Shown one piece after another: positions 47,444 through 58,522 of a stretch of 64,000 nucleotides of DNA. Source of the DNA: Clostridia bacterium. GTDB taxonomy: Bacteria; Bacillota; Clostridia; Lachnospirales; JAOARL01. Made by a program: the position numbers and the translations under genes. Below the pieces are notes generated by a model. That model saw only the letters and a list, made by a program, of their open reading frames with translations, did no database searches and had not been told where the DNA came from. Position 1 is the first letter of the stretch, and each line of letters opens with the position of its first letter. The stretch is from contig JAOARL010000033.1 in the NCBI GenBank assembly GCA_025210555.1, positions 27,720-91,719 of the forward strand, written 5' to 3'.

Positions 47444-50137
47444 TTATTTCACTTCTAGTTTTATTATGTAGTACTTTCCATCATCTTCTTTATACTCTAC
47501 TTCAACTTTCTCTTCTTCAAACTTTTCAAGATCATCTAAATCATCAACTCTATCATCGTCATCATCATATAATTTAGAATCATCATCAACATATAACTTA
47601 AATGTATCATCATCGTCATCTCTTACTCTTACATAAGAACTTCCTACTGTATACATTTCTCCTTCTACAGTCTTTGCTGATGTTTTTGTAATAGTAATTT
47701 TAGTAGCAATTAATTTATCGTCATCATCATCGTCTTCTTCATATTCTACTTCTACTTCACTATCTTCATATTTTTCTAAATCATCCATGTCATCAATTTT
47801 ATCATCGTCTTCGTCATACATATCTGTATCATCTTCATCAATGTATATCTTATATGTATCATCATCGTCATCTCTTACTCTTATGTAAGAACTTCCTACT
47901 GTATACATTTCTCCTTCTACAGTATCTTTGTCTCCTTCTAATACTTCTACTTTTTGAGCATAGTATTTATCATCATCAAGTCTATAAGTTACTGTAACTT
48001 CCGAATCTTCTTTAAGCTTTGTATACTTTGATATTTTATCTCCATCTTCATCGTATATTAAAGTATCATCTTCTACATAAATTCTTATTATATCTTTGTC
48101 ATCATCTTTAATTTTAAAGTAATCACTTGAATATATTTTATATATTTCTCCTGTTACTTTATCTGAACTAGAATTATCAACCTTAATTTGTTTTGCAACA
48201 AACTTATCGTCATCATCTTCGTCTTCTTCATATATAATTGTAACTTCTGAATCCTTTGTAAGCTTCTTATAATCTGATATTTCATCTCCATCATCATCAT
48301 AAATCTTAGTATCATTATTAACATAAACTCTTACTAAATCATTATCATCATCTCTTACTTTTATATAATCACTTGAATAAACTTTATAAATCTTACCTTC
48401 TAATTCTTCACCACTTATTTTAAGAACTTTTAATTCTCTTATAACTAAATCGTCTCCCTCTTCCTTATAGAAGACTTCAACTTCTGAATCCTTCGATAAT
48501 TTCTTATAATCTGATATTTCATCTCCAACCCAATCATATAGTTTAGATTCTTTATCAATATCAAACTTATAAGTTTCGTCATCATCATCGTTTTCAATTT
48601 TTATACTTTCAGATGAAGTATATACTTTATATATTTCACCTTTCATTTTTAATAAATTAACTTTCTTAACTTTTATTTCTTTAGCTGTTCTTTTATATGA
48701 GCTTGAATTATAGTCATATTTAACCTCTAAATCACTTTCTAAGACTAAATCCTTGTAGTCTCTTACAAGTTTACCCTTTTCATCATAAATCTTAGTATCA
48801 TCATCTACATAATGCTTTTCTTCTCTACCATTTTTAAGTGTAATTCTAATTGCATCTTCGTCATAAACTTTTGATAATTCTCCATATGAAATATCTTCGC
48901 TTGTTTTATTGTCGTCTTCTTTATCATCTTCATCTTCTGGTTTTGTAACTACTGTAGTTGTTGTTCCATTAATTTTAGCTATCGCTCCATATTGTATTTC
49001 TGGTTTTATTTTTTGGTTTAGTCTTAAAGCATAAACTTCTGATAAACTCACTCTTGAAGATACTTTATATTGACTTTGCTTACCAGAAACATTAATAGTT
49101 ATATATGAAGGTGTTCCTATAACTATTTTTGTTATACTTCCCTCTACAACTGCTGAATCTGAAACTACTGGTGTCTCTGTTTTATCACCAGTGTCTACCG
49201 GTGTTTTTTCTACAGTTAAAGTAGTTTTAACTTCAGTAACTTTACCAGATTTTTCACTAAAATATATCTTTGTATTTTCTTTTAAATCTTTTATTGTTCT
49301 TAATGATCCACTAACATATACTTTTACATTTGGATCCAATACTTTAAGTTCAAATTCACCTTTTGTATTTTTAACTTTCATTATTTTATCATTATATATT
49401 TTACTAAAAGTTGCTTCTGTATAGCCACTACCCGTACTTGGCACACTAGTATTTGGAGTTTCTGTCTTAGGTTCTTCTTTTTTTACACCATTTACGTATC
49501 TATCTAAAACAGTTGCAAATACAGCCTTACTTACTGCACTTGTTGGATTAAAATAATTATTACTATCTCCGCTTAATATTCCTTTTGATTTCAAATAGTA
49601 TATTTCTTTCTCATACCTATCATTAATTTTATCTTCATCTCTAAACTTCTCAACATATCCATAACTTGGCGATGAACCATTTAACATCATTCTAGCAATA
49701 TATGCTGATAGCTGTTCTTTTTTAAGACTTCTTACAACTTCATTACCCTCTTGAGTTTTTATAACAAATTGTCCTAAATCTATATCCTCTATGATTCCCT
49801 CATTCATTAAATATGCAATTTTCTTATTATAATTACTCTCCCATAAATTAAATGCATTATCGTATAAATTCAATAATTTATTATATTTAACCAATGCTAC
49901 ATCGCCTTTAGGCTCTGTGTATCCATATGCTTTAGATAATATGTCTACTGCCTCAAACTTATTTACAATTCTATTAGGATTGTACATTCCATTTGAGTCT
50001 GGCTTAATATATCCTGCATTACTCATCCTCGTTACAGAATCATATGCCCAATGCCCTTTCTTCATGTCTGGCGCTGCATATCCGCTAGTTACTACAAGCG
50101 AAAATGCTAAAAATAAAGCTAATATTTTTTTAAACAT
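47444..50137 (-). CDS. S-layer homology protein with about 8 OB-fold (DUF5666-like) acidic repeats
   Basis: Signal peptide; SLH motifs HWAYDSV..GYIK, GILSGDSNNYFNPTSAVSKA; repeated G.IYKVY...V.DDTKIYD.DGD.I..Y..L..DSEV. Confidence 0.85.
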   Translation of the reverse strand: MFKKILALFLAFSLVVTSGYAAPDMKKGHWAYDSVTRMSNAGYIKPDSNGMYNPNRIVNKFEAVDILSKAYGYTEPKGDVALVKYNKLLNLYDNAFNLWESNYNKKIAYLMNEGIIEDIDLGQFVIKTQEGNEVVRSLKKEQLSAYIARMMLNGSSPSYGYVEKFRDEDKINDRYEKEIYYLKSKGILSGDSNNYFNPTSAVSKAVFATVLDRYVNGVKKEEPKTETPNTSVPSTGSGYTEATFSKIYNDKIMKVKNTKGEFELKVLDPNVKVYVSGSLRTIKDLKENTKIYFSEKSGKVTEVKTTLTVEKTPVDTGDKTETPVVSDSAVVEGSITKIVIGTPSYITINVSGKQSQYKVSSRVSLSEVYALRLNQKIKPEIQYGAIAKINGTTTTVVTKPEDEDDKEDDNKTSEDISYGELSKVYDEDAIRITLKNGREEKHYVDDDTKIYDEKGKLVRDYKDLVLESDLEVKYDYNSSSYKRTAKEIKVKKVNLLKMKGEIYKVYTSSESIKIENDDDDETYKFDIDKESKLYDWVGDEISDYKKLSKDSEVEVFYKEEGDDLVIRELKVLKISGEELEGKIYKVYSSDYIKVRDDDNDLVRVYVNNDTKIYDDDGDEISDYKKLTKDSEVTIIYEEDEDDDDKFVAKQIKVDNSSSDKVTGEIYKIYSSDYFKIKDDDKDIIRIYVEDDTLIYDEDGDKISKYTKLKEDSEVTVTYRLDDDKYYAQKVEVLEGDKDTVEGEMYTVGSSYIRVRDDDDDTYKIYIDEDDTDMYDEDDDKIDDMDDLEKYEDSEVEVEYEEDDDDDDKLIATKITITKTSAKTVEGEMYTVGSSYVRVRDDDDDTFKLYVDDDSKLYDDDDDRVDDLDDLEKFEEEKVEVEYKEDDGKYYIIKLEVK
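47602..47923 (-). repeat. Near-identical 70-bp direct repeat (47602..47671 and 47854..47923)
   Basis: 68/70 nt identical, 252 bp apart; encodes TVEGEMYTVGSSY(I/V)RVRDDDDDT. Confidence 0.85.
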
Positions 50138-50177
50138 TTTATCACTCCCCTTAATTACTTATTATTTTATCATATTT

Positions 50178-51758
50178 TTATTTTTTATAAAGATACAATT
50201 TTATTACACTTTCAGCCATTCTCATTCCATCAACTGCTGCTGACATTATTCCACCAGCATATCCAGCTCCTTCTCCAACTGGATAAATACCTGAAATATT
50301 AGTTTGATTAATCTCATTTCTTGTTATTCTTACTGGTGATGATGTTCTAGTTTCAACCGCTGTCATTATTGCATCATCCATATCAAACCCTTTAAGTTTT
50401 CTTCCCATATTAGTTAAAGCTTTTCTCATAGTTTCTACTACATAATCAGGTAAACACTCACTTAAATTTGTTAGTTTTATTCCTGGTTCATATGTAGGTT
50501 TAACTTTGCCTAATCTAATACTTGCTTTGTCATTTAAAAAATCTCCTACTAACTGAGCTGGCGCATTATAGTTTTTGCCACCAAGTTCAAATGCCTTCTT
50601 CTCAAGTTCTCTTTGAAAGTACATTCCTGCAAGCGGATGAATACTTGCAAAGTCATCTTTCTTAACACCTACCAAAAGAGCTGAATTTGCATTCTCGCTA
50701 TCCCTTTTGTATTCACTCATACCATTAGTAACTACCATGTTTTCTTCTGATGCTGATGCTACAACTTTTCCACCAGGACACATACAGAAAGTATAAGCAC
50801 TTCTATCTTCTTCATGGTGAACCAACTTATATTCTGCTGCTGGAAGACTATCCGCAAAATCTCCATATTGGCTTTCATTTATAAGATCTTGTGGATGCTC
50901 AATTCTAACACCTACTGAAAAATCTTTTTGTTCTATATTTATATTTTTGTCATAAAGCATTTCAAAAGTATCTCTAGCACTATGTCCAATACACAACATT
51001 AAAACGTCTGTATTAATCTTTTTATCATTATTAATTTCTATAGAACTTATCTTTCCATCAGTTATATCTATGTCTGTAAGTTTAGATGAGAATACTATTT
51101 CTCCACCTAGATTAATTATCTTCTCTCTTATATTTTTAACTACTAGCTTAAGATAATCTGTTCCAATATGAGGCTTAGCTTTATACAAAATATCTTCTGG
51201 CGCTCCAGCTAAAACAAATTCATTTAAAACTTTTGCAAATCTACCACTTTTATCTTTAGTTAAAGTTGTTAACTTTCCATCTGAAAAAGTACCTGCACCA
51301 CCTTCACCATATTGGACGTTAGATTCTTCATTTAAGTTTCCATTTTTCCAAAATTCTATTATATCTTTTTCACGCTCATCAACTCTTTTTCCTCTTTCAA
51401 TAACAATAGGCTTGTATCCAGCCTCCGCAAGTATCAAAGCTGCAAACATTCCTGAAGGTCCAAACCCAACTACCACTGGTCTTTTATTAATCTCTAAATT
51501 TCCTTTTTCCGGAATTGAATAATTCACTTTTTTATATATTGAAACATCTTTTGTTTTTAAATATTTTTCTTCATTTTCAATCTCAATTGCTACGCTACAA
51601 TTATAAAAGATATTACTTTTATCTCTTGCATCTATGCTTTGTCTAATAACACTTAAATCTGTAATCAACTCTTCCTTAATTTTAAGTTTTTTTGCTATTA
51701 GTTTATTTATTTTACTAATTTCTTCCACTTTAACTTTTAAATTAGATATTTTTAACAT
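50178..51758 (-). CDS. FAD-dependent oxidoreductase (COG2509-like)
   Basis: VGFGPSG, GEGGAGTFSDGKL, FCMCPGG, ETRTSSP, GEGAGYAGGIMSAAVDG. Confidence 0.9.
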   Translation of the reverse strand: MLKISNLKVKVEEISKINKLIAKKLKIKEELITDLSVIRQSIDARDKSNIFYNCSVAIEIENEEKYLKTKDVSIYKKVNYSIPEKGNLEINKRPVVVGFGPSGMFAALILAEAGYKPIVIERGKRVDEREKDIIEFWKNGNLNEESNVQYGEGGAGTFSDGKLTTLTKDKSGRFAKVLNEFVLAGAPEDILYKAKPHIGTDYLKLVVKNIREKIINLGGEIVFSSKLTDIDITDGKISSIEINNDKKINTDVLMLCIGHSARDTFEMLYDKNINIEQKDFSVGVRIEHPQDLINESQYGDFADSLPAAEYKLVHHEEDRSAYTFCMCPGGKVVASASEENMVVTNGMSEYKRDSENANSALLVGVKKDDFASIHPLAGMYFQRELEKKAFELGGKNYNAPAQLVGDFLNDKASIRLGKVKPTYEPGIKLTNLSECLPDYVVETMRKALTNMGRKLKGFDMDDAIMTAVETRTSSPVRITRNEINQTNISGIYPVGEGAGYAGGIMSAAVDGMRMAESVIKLYLYKK

Positions 51759-51774
51759 GTTTCCTCCTCACAGT

Positions 51775-51810
51775 AAAATATAAGATAATCAGCTGATTAT
51801 CTTATATTTT
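51775..51810. repeat. Perfect 36-bp palindrome (probable terminator)
   Basis: AAAATATAAGATAATCAGCTGATTATCTTATATTTT equals its own reverse complement. Confidence 0.85.
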
Positions 51811-53376
51811 CAATACTTTAACTATTTTTTCACCTTTTGGTAGAATTAATATTTCTTCTTTACTTAATATTTTAAATTTAATAACTAACACTCCATATAT
51901 AATAACTGCTCCAGCCACTGAAATTACAGTTGCTAGATTTTGACTAATTCCACTAAATGCATAATAAATACCATATGTGAAAATCCCCATTATGAGACTT
52001 GCTATAAATGGCTTTGCCGCATATTTTAATAAGTGCACTTTCATATTTAACTTTTTATTAATTTCTCTTATATTAAAATATGAAATTATTGAATAAGCAA
52101 TTAAACCAGCTATTATAGCTCCATATATATTAATCTCTGGAATACGAATAAGTGTAAAATTAAGTAATACTTTTGTTGCCATTGCTATTGCTGTATACTT
52201 AACGGGTTTCCAAAACTCTCCCATCCCTTGCAATGTCGCTGTACTTATTTTCATAATTCCTACGAGAACAACTGTAAATCCACCAACTACAAAAAGCTGA
52301 CCCCCACCTGGATTTCTTGGAAACAATAATTCTAAAATATTACTTCCCATAACCATTAGTCCTATAGCTGTTGGCATCATTACAACAAATATTACTTTTA
52401 TAAGTCTTTCAAATTTTGCTCTTATAAGTTCAAACTTTCCTTTAGCTTTTGCTGCAGCTATATTTGGTATTATAGCTGTAACTATTGCTGTTATAATTGA
52501 TGTTGGCAAATTTATTATCAAAGAATACTTACCACTCCACTGTCCATATATTACATCAGCTGCATCATTTGTATAATCTGCTGCAAGAAGTCCAGTCTTA
52601 ACCATTATTACATCTATTAACACAGTAAAAGTAAAAACAGTATTTCCAATTATAAATGGAATCATTGTACCTAACATATTTTTTGCTATAACTTTAGAGT
52701 CTTCTTCATATTGATCACCTTCATCAATATTTTTAAATATATCTTTTTTTCTTTTTAAATACATAATACTTATATATATAAGTCCAGCAAGTGCTCCTAT
52801 TCCCGTTCCTAAAGTTCCTCCTGCTGCTCCAAATGCTAGTCCAAAATTAGTTAATAATACATATGCCATAACAACACTAAATATAGCATTAAAAAATTGC
52901 TCAACAACTTGTGATGATGCTGTTGGATACATATCTCCCATTCCTTGGAAATATCCTCTCAGTGGCACCATAGCTGCTACAACAAACAGAGTTGGTCCTA
53001 ATGTAATCATCGCATATTTTGTTTCAGGAATTCTAAGCAAATTTGCAAACAAACCACTTCCAAAAAGAAGTATTGCTCCCATCAAAAAACCTAAAAATAA
53101 ACTTATCTTATATGCAACTTTAAATACTTTATGTGCATTTTTATATCTACCTATAGCAATGTTTTCTGATACAATTTTAGAAATCGATGCTGGCAAAGAA
53201 AATGCTGACATTATAAAGAAAAAGGTATATATTTGGAAAGCAGCTGAGTACCAACCAATACCTTTATCTCCTAACATTCCTGTTAAAGGAACTCTATATA
53301 AAAATCCCAAAAACCTAACTACAACTATAGCTATAGCTAACATTGTAGCTTGTCCGAAAAAGCTTTTATTTCCCAT
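51802..53376 (-). CDS. MOP-family flippase (MurJ/SpoVB/YtgP-like)
   Basis: RFLGFLYRVPL, RGYFQG, SQVVEQ; many TM segments. Confidence 0.88.
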   Translation of the reverse strand: MGNKSFFGQATMLAIAIVVVRFLGFLYRVPLTGMLGDKGIGWYSAAFQIYTFFFIMSAFSLPASISKIVSENIAIGRYKNAHKVFKVAYKISLFLGFLMGAILLFGSGLFANLLRIPETKYAMITLGPTLFVVAAMVPLRGYFQGMGDMYPTASSQVVEQFFNAIFSVVMAYVLLTNFGLAFGAAGGTLGTGIGALAGLIYISIMYLKRKKDIFKNIDEGDQYEEDSKVIAKNMLGTMIPFIIGNTVFTFTVLIDVIMVKTGLLAADYTNDAADVIYGQWSGKYSLIINLPTSIITAIVTAIIPNIAAAKAKGKFELIRAKFERLIKVIFVVMMPTAIGLMVMGSNILELLFPRNPGGGQLFVVGGFTVVLVGIMKISTATLQGMGEFWKPVKYTAIAMATKVLLNFTLIRIPEINIYGAIIAGLIAYSIISYFNIREINKKLNMKVHLLKYAAKPFIASLIMGIFTYGIYYAFSGISQNLATVISVAGAVIIYGVLVIKFKILSKEEILILPKGEKIVKVLKI

Positions 53377-53384
53377 ATTTTCAC

Positions 53385-53738
53385 CTATTTTAATTTATTA
53401 AATGCTTCAAATACTCTTGTTTCATCAAATGGCTTTACAATAAAGTCTTTAGCACCTTTTCTTATTGCATCTACAACCATATTTTGTTGTCCCATAGCTG
53501 ATACCATTACTATTTTTATGCTATCATCTATTTCTATTATCTTATTTAGAGCTGTTAGCCCGTCCATTTCTGGCATAGTAATATCTAACGTTACTATATC
53601 CGGATTTAACTCTTTAACTTTTTCAAGCGCTTCTACTCCGTTTGCAGCTTCACCAACTACTTCAAACTCACTATCTTTTAAAATTCCTTTTAATACGTTT
53701 CTCATAAACATTGCGTCATCTACAACTAATACTCTCAA
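53385..53738 (-). CDS. Stand-alone CheY paralog
   Basis: VVDDAMFMR, LDITMPEMDG, SAMGQQ, FIVKPF; TTG start after GGAGG. Confidence 0.88.
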   Translation of the reverse strand: MRVLVVDDAMFMRNVLKGILKDSEFEVVGEAANGVEALEKVKELNPDIVTLDITMPEMDGLTALNKIIEIDDSIKIVMVSAMGQQNMVVDAIRKGAKDFIVKPFDETRVFEAFNKLK

Positions 53739-53740
53739 AC

Positions 53741-54472
53741 TTACATTTCCTCCATTATGTTCATTATTATTCCAGTCACTACAATAGGAACTGTTTCTGT
53801 TCTCAATATTCTCTTTCCTAAAGTTAAAATATCCGCATCTTCTGCACTTTCTATTTCCTCTTTAGAAAATCCACCTTCTGGTCCTACAAAATAAGCTATT
53901 GTATTTCCAGTAAAATTACCAAGTGATTTATTTAAAGTATTCTCTTTTTCTTTTTCATAAAATATTATAGTTTTATCAAACTGTCTTGAAATCTTTATTG
54001 CCTCTTTAAAACTTAATATTTCTCTTACTTCAGGAATCTTACCTCTACCTGATTGCTTAGCAGCAGACTCTGCTATTTTATTCCATCTCTCAAGTTTTTT
54101 ATTTTCCTTCTTTTTATCCTTTACTTCTACCACTGTATATTTAGTAACTACTGGATATATTTCATCTATTCCAAGTTCTACAGCTTTTTGTATAACTAAA
54201 TCCATTTTATCAGATTTCCCTAATGCTTGAAATAGTTTTAACCTTATTTTAGGTTCAGTTTCATTTTCCTTCTTTGAGATTATTTTTGTTTCAATTTCCT
54301 TCTCAAAAACATCAATAACTTCAACTTCATAATCCATTCCATCACCATCTGAAACTTCTAATATATCTCCTGGCTTAGACCTCAAAACTTTACTTATATG
54401 TTTTACATCTTCACCAACTATTTTTATATTGTTATTATTTATATTACTTTTTTCAACAAAATACCTTGGCAT
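53741..54472 (-). CDS. rsmE: 16S rRNA m3U1498 methyltransferase
   Basis: HISKVLR, QKAVELG, VGPEGGFS, LGKRILRTET. Confidence 0.95.
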   Translation of the reverse strand: MPRYFVEKSNINNNNIKIVGEDVKHISKVLRSKPGDILEVSDGDGMDYEVEVIDVFEKEIETKIISKKENETEPKIRLKLFQALGKSDKMDLVIQKAVELGIDEIYPVVTKYTVVEVKDKKKENKKLERWNKIAESAAKQSGRGKIPEVREILSFKEAIKISRQFDKTIIFYEKEKENTLNKSLGNFTGNTIAYFVGPEGGFSKEEIESAEDADILTLGKRILRTETVPIVVTGIIMNIMEEM

Positions 54473-54475
54473 TTT

Positions 54476-55387
54476 TTACCTCCTACAAGCAATAGCTCTC
54501 CATTCTCCCATTTCAACAATTTCAAGAATTTCAAACTCTTTAAGCGATTCTTTAACTTCATCTAATCTTTCATAGTATATACCAGAAAGTATATAAATTC
54601 CACCTTCATTTACATGATTATGAATATCTTTATTAAGAACTAGCAATACATTTGCTACAATATTCGCAACTACAATATCAGCTTTTTTATTTGTCATTTC
54701 TAAAAGATTACCATGTATTATTTCTATATCATCAATATCATTTATTTTACAATTTTTATTTGTAGATTCTACAGCCTTTTCTTCTATATCTACAGAAAAA
54801 ACATCGTGAATCCCAAGTTTCTTGGCTATTATAGATAATATCCCGCTTCCAGAACCAACATCTATAATACTTGTAGCGCCTTCTACATACTTTTCAATTA
54901 ACATTACTGCTAGTTTTGTAGTAGTATGTGACCCGTTACCAAACGCCATTCCTGGATCTAAATTTATTACAAGCTCATCCCTTAAACTTTCATATTCTTC
55001 CCAAGCTGGATTAATTACAATATTTTTACTAACGTTAAATCTCTTATAATATTTTTTCCAATTGTTAGCCCAGTCTTCTTCTTTAATATTTTGAGCTTTT
55101 ATTTCATAGTTGCCAATAGTTTTTAATTTTAAATTAACTTCATCTATTAACCCCATAGCAAGCTTATTATCTTCTAAATAAAAAGAAATACTTCCCTGTC
55201 CACATTTTGATTTGTTAACTAGCTCATCTTCTGCTCTTATTTCATATCTTTCACTTTCCATAACAAAACAAAATTCTCTTGGATCATCTATTACTAAACT
55301 CTCAATTCCATTTGAAACTAAAATAGCAACAATCTCATCTATATCATTTTCTTTACACTCTATTTTAAACTCTATCCAGTTCAACAT
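54476..55387 (-). CDS. prmA: Ribosomal protein L11 methyltransferase
   Basis: EDWANNWKKYY, DPGMAFGNGSHTTT, DVGSGSGILS, ANIVA. Confidence 0.95.
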   Translation of the reverse strand: MLNWIEFKIECKENDIDEIVAILVSNGIESLVIDDPREFCFVMESERYEIRAEDELVNKSKCGQGSISFYLEDNKLAMGLIDEVNLKLKTIGNYEIKAQNIKEEDWANNWKKYYKRFNVSKNIVINPAWEEYESLRDELVINLDPGMAFGNGSHTTTKLAVMLIEKYVEGATSIIDVGSGSGILSIIAKKLGIHDVFSVDIEEKAVESTNKNCKINDIDDIEIIHGNLLEMTNKKADIVVANIVANVLLVLNKDIHNHVNEGGIYILSGIYYERLDEVKESLKEFEILEIVEMGEWRAIACRR

Positions 55388-55418
55388 CTTCACCTCTTTA
55401 CTTCTACCATTTTAACAT

Positions 55419-55451
55419 AAAAAAGAAGACATTTCATCAAATGTCTTCTTT
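55419..55451 (-). terminator. dnaJ terminator
   Basis: AAAGAAGACATTT/AAATGTCTTCTTT hairpin plus T-run. Confidence 0.7.
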
Positions 55452-56595
55452 AAGCAAACATCTCTTTAAGTTTATCTAAAAATCCTTTTTGCTCTTGATG
55501 ATTATCTTTACATGTATCCTCAAATTCTTTCAATAACTCTTTTTGCTTCTTATTTAGCTTTTTAGGAATCTCAACTTTAACTCTTATATATTGATCTCCT
55601 CTTCTATCCTTATTTCTAAGTGTTGGAATACCTTTTCCTTTTAATCTAAATACTGTTCCTGTTTGAGTTCCTTCTTTAATTTCATAAGCAACTTTTCCAT
55701 CAACAGTTGGCACTGTTATTTCAGATCCAAGTGCTGCTTGCGCAAAAGTAATTGGAATTTCACACTGAACATCATATCCATCTCTTTGGAATAACTCATG
55801 CTCTTTTACATAAACTGTTATTATAAGATCACCTTGTGGCCCACCTAATTCTCCAGCGTCACCTTTACCTGCAATTCTTATACTTTGTCCATTATCTATT
55901 CCTGCTGGAATATCAACTTCTATTTTCTTAACAGTCTTCATCTTACCACTTCCATGGCAAGCGCTACATTTTTCTTTTATTTCTTTCCCGCTTCCATGAC
56001 ATACATCACAAGTTTCAACACTTGCAAAAGTTCCTAAGATAGTTTGTCTTGTAGTTCTTACCTGACCACTACCACCACATTTGCTACATGTTTGTGCTTC
56101 TGTCCCTGCTTTAGCCCCACTTCCGTGACAAGTAACACAATCTTCTGTAACCGGTACTCTTATCTCTTTCTTAATACCAAATACAGCTTCTAAGAATTCT
56201 AATTGAACTGTTACTCTTACATTTGCTCCTTTACGTGGACCATTAGATCTTCTCGACCTTCCGCCTCCACCAAAAGCATCACCGAAACCAAATCCGTTTA
56301 ATATATCACCTAAGTCAAAATCCATTCCTGAGAATCCTTCAAATCCTCCACCGAATCCTGCTCCATTTCCACCCATTCCAGCGTGTCCAAATCTATCATA
56401 TTGAGCTCTCTTGTTAGAATCTGATAAAGATTCATATGCTTCTGTAGCCTCTTTAAATTTAGCATCGTTTTCTTCTGAGTGTCCATTACTATCTGGATGA
56501 TACTGTTTTGCAAGCTTTCTATAAGCTTTTTTTATCTCAGCATCAGATGCTTCTTTAGAAACACCTAACACGTCATAATAATCTCTTTTAGTCAA
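55450..56595 (-). CDS. dnaJ: Chaperone DnaJ
   Basis: J domain HPD, G/F region, four CxxCxGxG motifs. Confidence 0.97.
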   Translation of the reverse strand: MTKRDYYDVLGVSKEASDAEIKKAYRKLAKQYHPDSNGHSEENDAKFKEATEAYESLSDSNKRAQYDRFGHAGMGGNGAGFGGGFEGFSGMDFDLGDILNGFGFGDAFGGGGRSRRSNGPRKGANVRVTVQLEFLEAVFGIKKEIRVPVTEDCVTCHGSGAKAGTEAQTCSKCGGSGQVRTTRQTILGTFASVETCDVCHGSGKEIKEKCSACHGSGKMKTVKKIEVDIPAGIDNGQSIRIAGKGDAGELGGPQGDLIITVYVKEHELFQRDGYDVQCEIPITFAQAALGSEITVPTVDGKVAYEIKEGTQTGTVFRLKGKGIPTLRNKDRRGDQYIRVKVEIPKKLNKKQKELLKEFEDTCKDNHQEQKGFLDKLKEMFA

Positions 56596-56619
56596 TTTCT
56601 TTCACCTACCATACTTTTT

Positions 56620-56648
56620 AAAAAAGCCAAAGATTTTCTTTGGCTTTT
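56620..56648 (-). terminator. dnaK terminator
   Basis: AAAAGCCAAAGA/TCTTTGGCTTTT hairpin. Confidence 0.7.
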
Positions 56649-56651
56649 ATA

Positions 56652-58508
56652 TTATACCTCTTTATAGTCTGCATCTACAACAGTATCGTCATCATTTCCT
56701 TCTGTATCATCTTCTGCTCCTGCTTCTGGATTAGCTCCAGCTGCTTGTTCTTGTTGATATAACTTAGCTGAAATATCATAGAATACTTTTTGTAATTCTT
56801 CTTTTAAATTATTAATTTCTTCTACGTCTGCATCTGTCATATCTTCAACTTTAACAGCTTCTAATTTATCTTTAAGTTTCTTTAACTCTTCTTCTACTTT
56901 AGTTTTATCTGCTTCTTCAATCTTATCTCCCAAATCAGTCATCATTTTTTCTGTTTGGAATACTAATGAATCTGCTTCGTTTCTTGAATCTATTTTTTCT
57001 TTTCTCTTCTTATCTTCTTCAGCAAACTTCTCTGCTTCTTTTACAGCTGCATCTATATCTTCATCAGAAAGATTAGTGCTTGAAGTTATTGTTATATGTT
57101 GTGTTTTACCTGTTCCCATATCTTTAGCAGATACGTTAACTATACCGTTAGCATCAACATCAAATGTTACTTCAATTTGAGGAACTCCTCTTTTTGCTGG
57201 TGGAATACTATCAAGCGTAAACATTCCAAGTGATTTGTTATCGCTAGCCATTTGTCTTTCACCTTGAAGTACATTTATTGTAACTGCTGGTTGATTATCT
57301 TCAGCTGTTGAGAATACTTGACTCTTCTTTGTAGGAATAGTCGTATTTCTTTCAATAAGCTTAGTAAATACTCCACCTAAAGTTTCAATTCCTAGTGATA
57401 ATGGAGCAACATCTAATAATAAGATATCTCCTGTACCAGCTTCTCCAGCTAGCTTTCCACCTTGGATAGATGCTCCAATAGCAACACACTCATCTGGATT
57501 AATTCCCTTAAATGCATCTTTGTTAGTTAATTTCTTAACTGCATCTTGCACAGCTGGAATTCTTGTAGATCCTCCAACTAATAATATTTTATCTAATTCT
57601 CCAGCACCAAGTCCTGCATCAGATAAAGCAGTTCTAACTGGCCCCATTGTTCTTTCAACTAGGCTTGATGTAAGTTCATCAAACTTAGCTCTTGTTAATG
57701 TAATATCCATATGCTTTGGCCCTTCAGCTGTAGCTGTTATAAATGGTAAGTTTATGTTTGTAGTTGCTACTGTTGAAAGTTCTTTTTTAGCTTTTTCAGC
57801 AGCTTCTTTTAATCTTTGTACTGCCATTTTATCAGTTGATAAATCTATTCCTTCAGCATTCTTAAATTCTGAAACTAAGAAGTCCATAACTTTATTGTCA
57901 AAGTCATCTCCTCCTAAATGATTATCTCCACTAGTAGCTAATACTTCGATAACTCCATCTCCAATTTCAATAATTGAAACATCAAACGTTCCTCCACCAA
58001 GGTCATATACCATTATCTTTTGTTCTTGCTCATTTTCAAGACCATATGCTAGTGCTGCTGATGTTGGCTCGTTTATAATTCTCTTAACGTCTAATCCTGC
58101 AATTTTCCCTGCATCTTTAGTTGCTTGTCTTTGAGCATCTGTAAAGTATGCTGGTACTGTGATTACAGCTTCTGTTACACTTTCACCTAAATAACTTTCA
58201 GCATCTGCCTTTAATTTTTGTAAAATCATAGCTGATATTTCTTGTGGAGAATGATCTTTTGAATCAATATTTACTTTATGATCAGTTCCCATTTCTCTTT
58301 TGATAGACGCAATTGTTCTATCTGGATTTGTTATTGCTTGTCTCTTAGCAGTCTCCCCTACTAATCGCTCTCCATCTTTCTTAAATGCTACTACTGATGG
58401 TGTAGTTCTTATACCCTCTGTGTTAGCTATTACAACTGGTTTTCCACCCTCCATAACTGCTACACATGAGTTTGTTGTTCCTAAATCAATTCCTATTATT
58501 TTTCCCAT
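56652..58508 (-). CDS. dnaK: Chaperone DnaK
   Basis: [25 protein letters not shown]. Confidence 0.98.
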   Translation of the reverse strand: MGKIIGIDLGTTNSCVAVMEGGKPVVIANTEGIRTTPSVVAFKKDGERLVGETAKRQAITNPDRTIASIKREMGTDHKVNIDSKDHSPQEISAMILQKLKADAESYLGESVTEAVITVPAYFTDAQRQATKDAGKIAGLDVKRIINEPTSAALAYGLENEQEQKIMVYDLGGGTFDVSIIEIGDGVIEVLATSGDNHLGGDDFDNKVMDFLVSEFKNAEGIDLSTDKMAVQRLKEAAEKAKKELSTVATTNINLPFITATAEGPKHMDITLTRAKFDELTSSLVERTMGPVRTALSDAGLGAGELDKILLVGGSTRIPAVQDAVKKLTNKDAFKGINPDECVAIGASIQGGKLAGEAGTGDILLLDVAPLSLGIETLGGVFTKLIERNTTIPTKKSQVFSTAEDNQPAVTINVLQGERQMASDNKSLGMFTLDSIPPAKRGVPQIEVTFDVDANGIVNVSAKDMGTGKTQHITITSSTNLSDEDIDAAVKEAEKFAEEDKKRKEKIDSRNEADSLVFQTEKMMTDLGDKIEEADKTKVEEELKKLKDKLEAVKVEDMTDADVEEINNLKEELQKVFYDISAKLYQQEQAAGANPEAGAEDDTEGNDDDTVVDADYKEV

Positions 58509-58522
58509 TTTATATTCCTCCC

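Noticed and set aside
47444-48900. TCATCATC-rich repeats as CRISPR or satellite DNA
   Set aside because: They are Asp codons in in-frame protein repeats; no constant repeat-spacer structure and no cas genes
53350-53787. 145-aa plus-strand ORF (and other short plus-strand ORFs over dnaK, flhA, cheA and pheT)
   Set aside because: Antisense shadows of well-conserved genes
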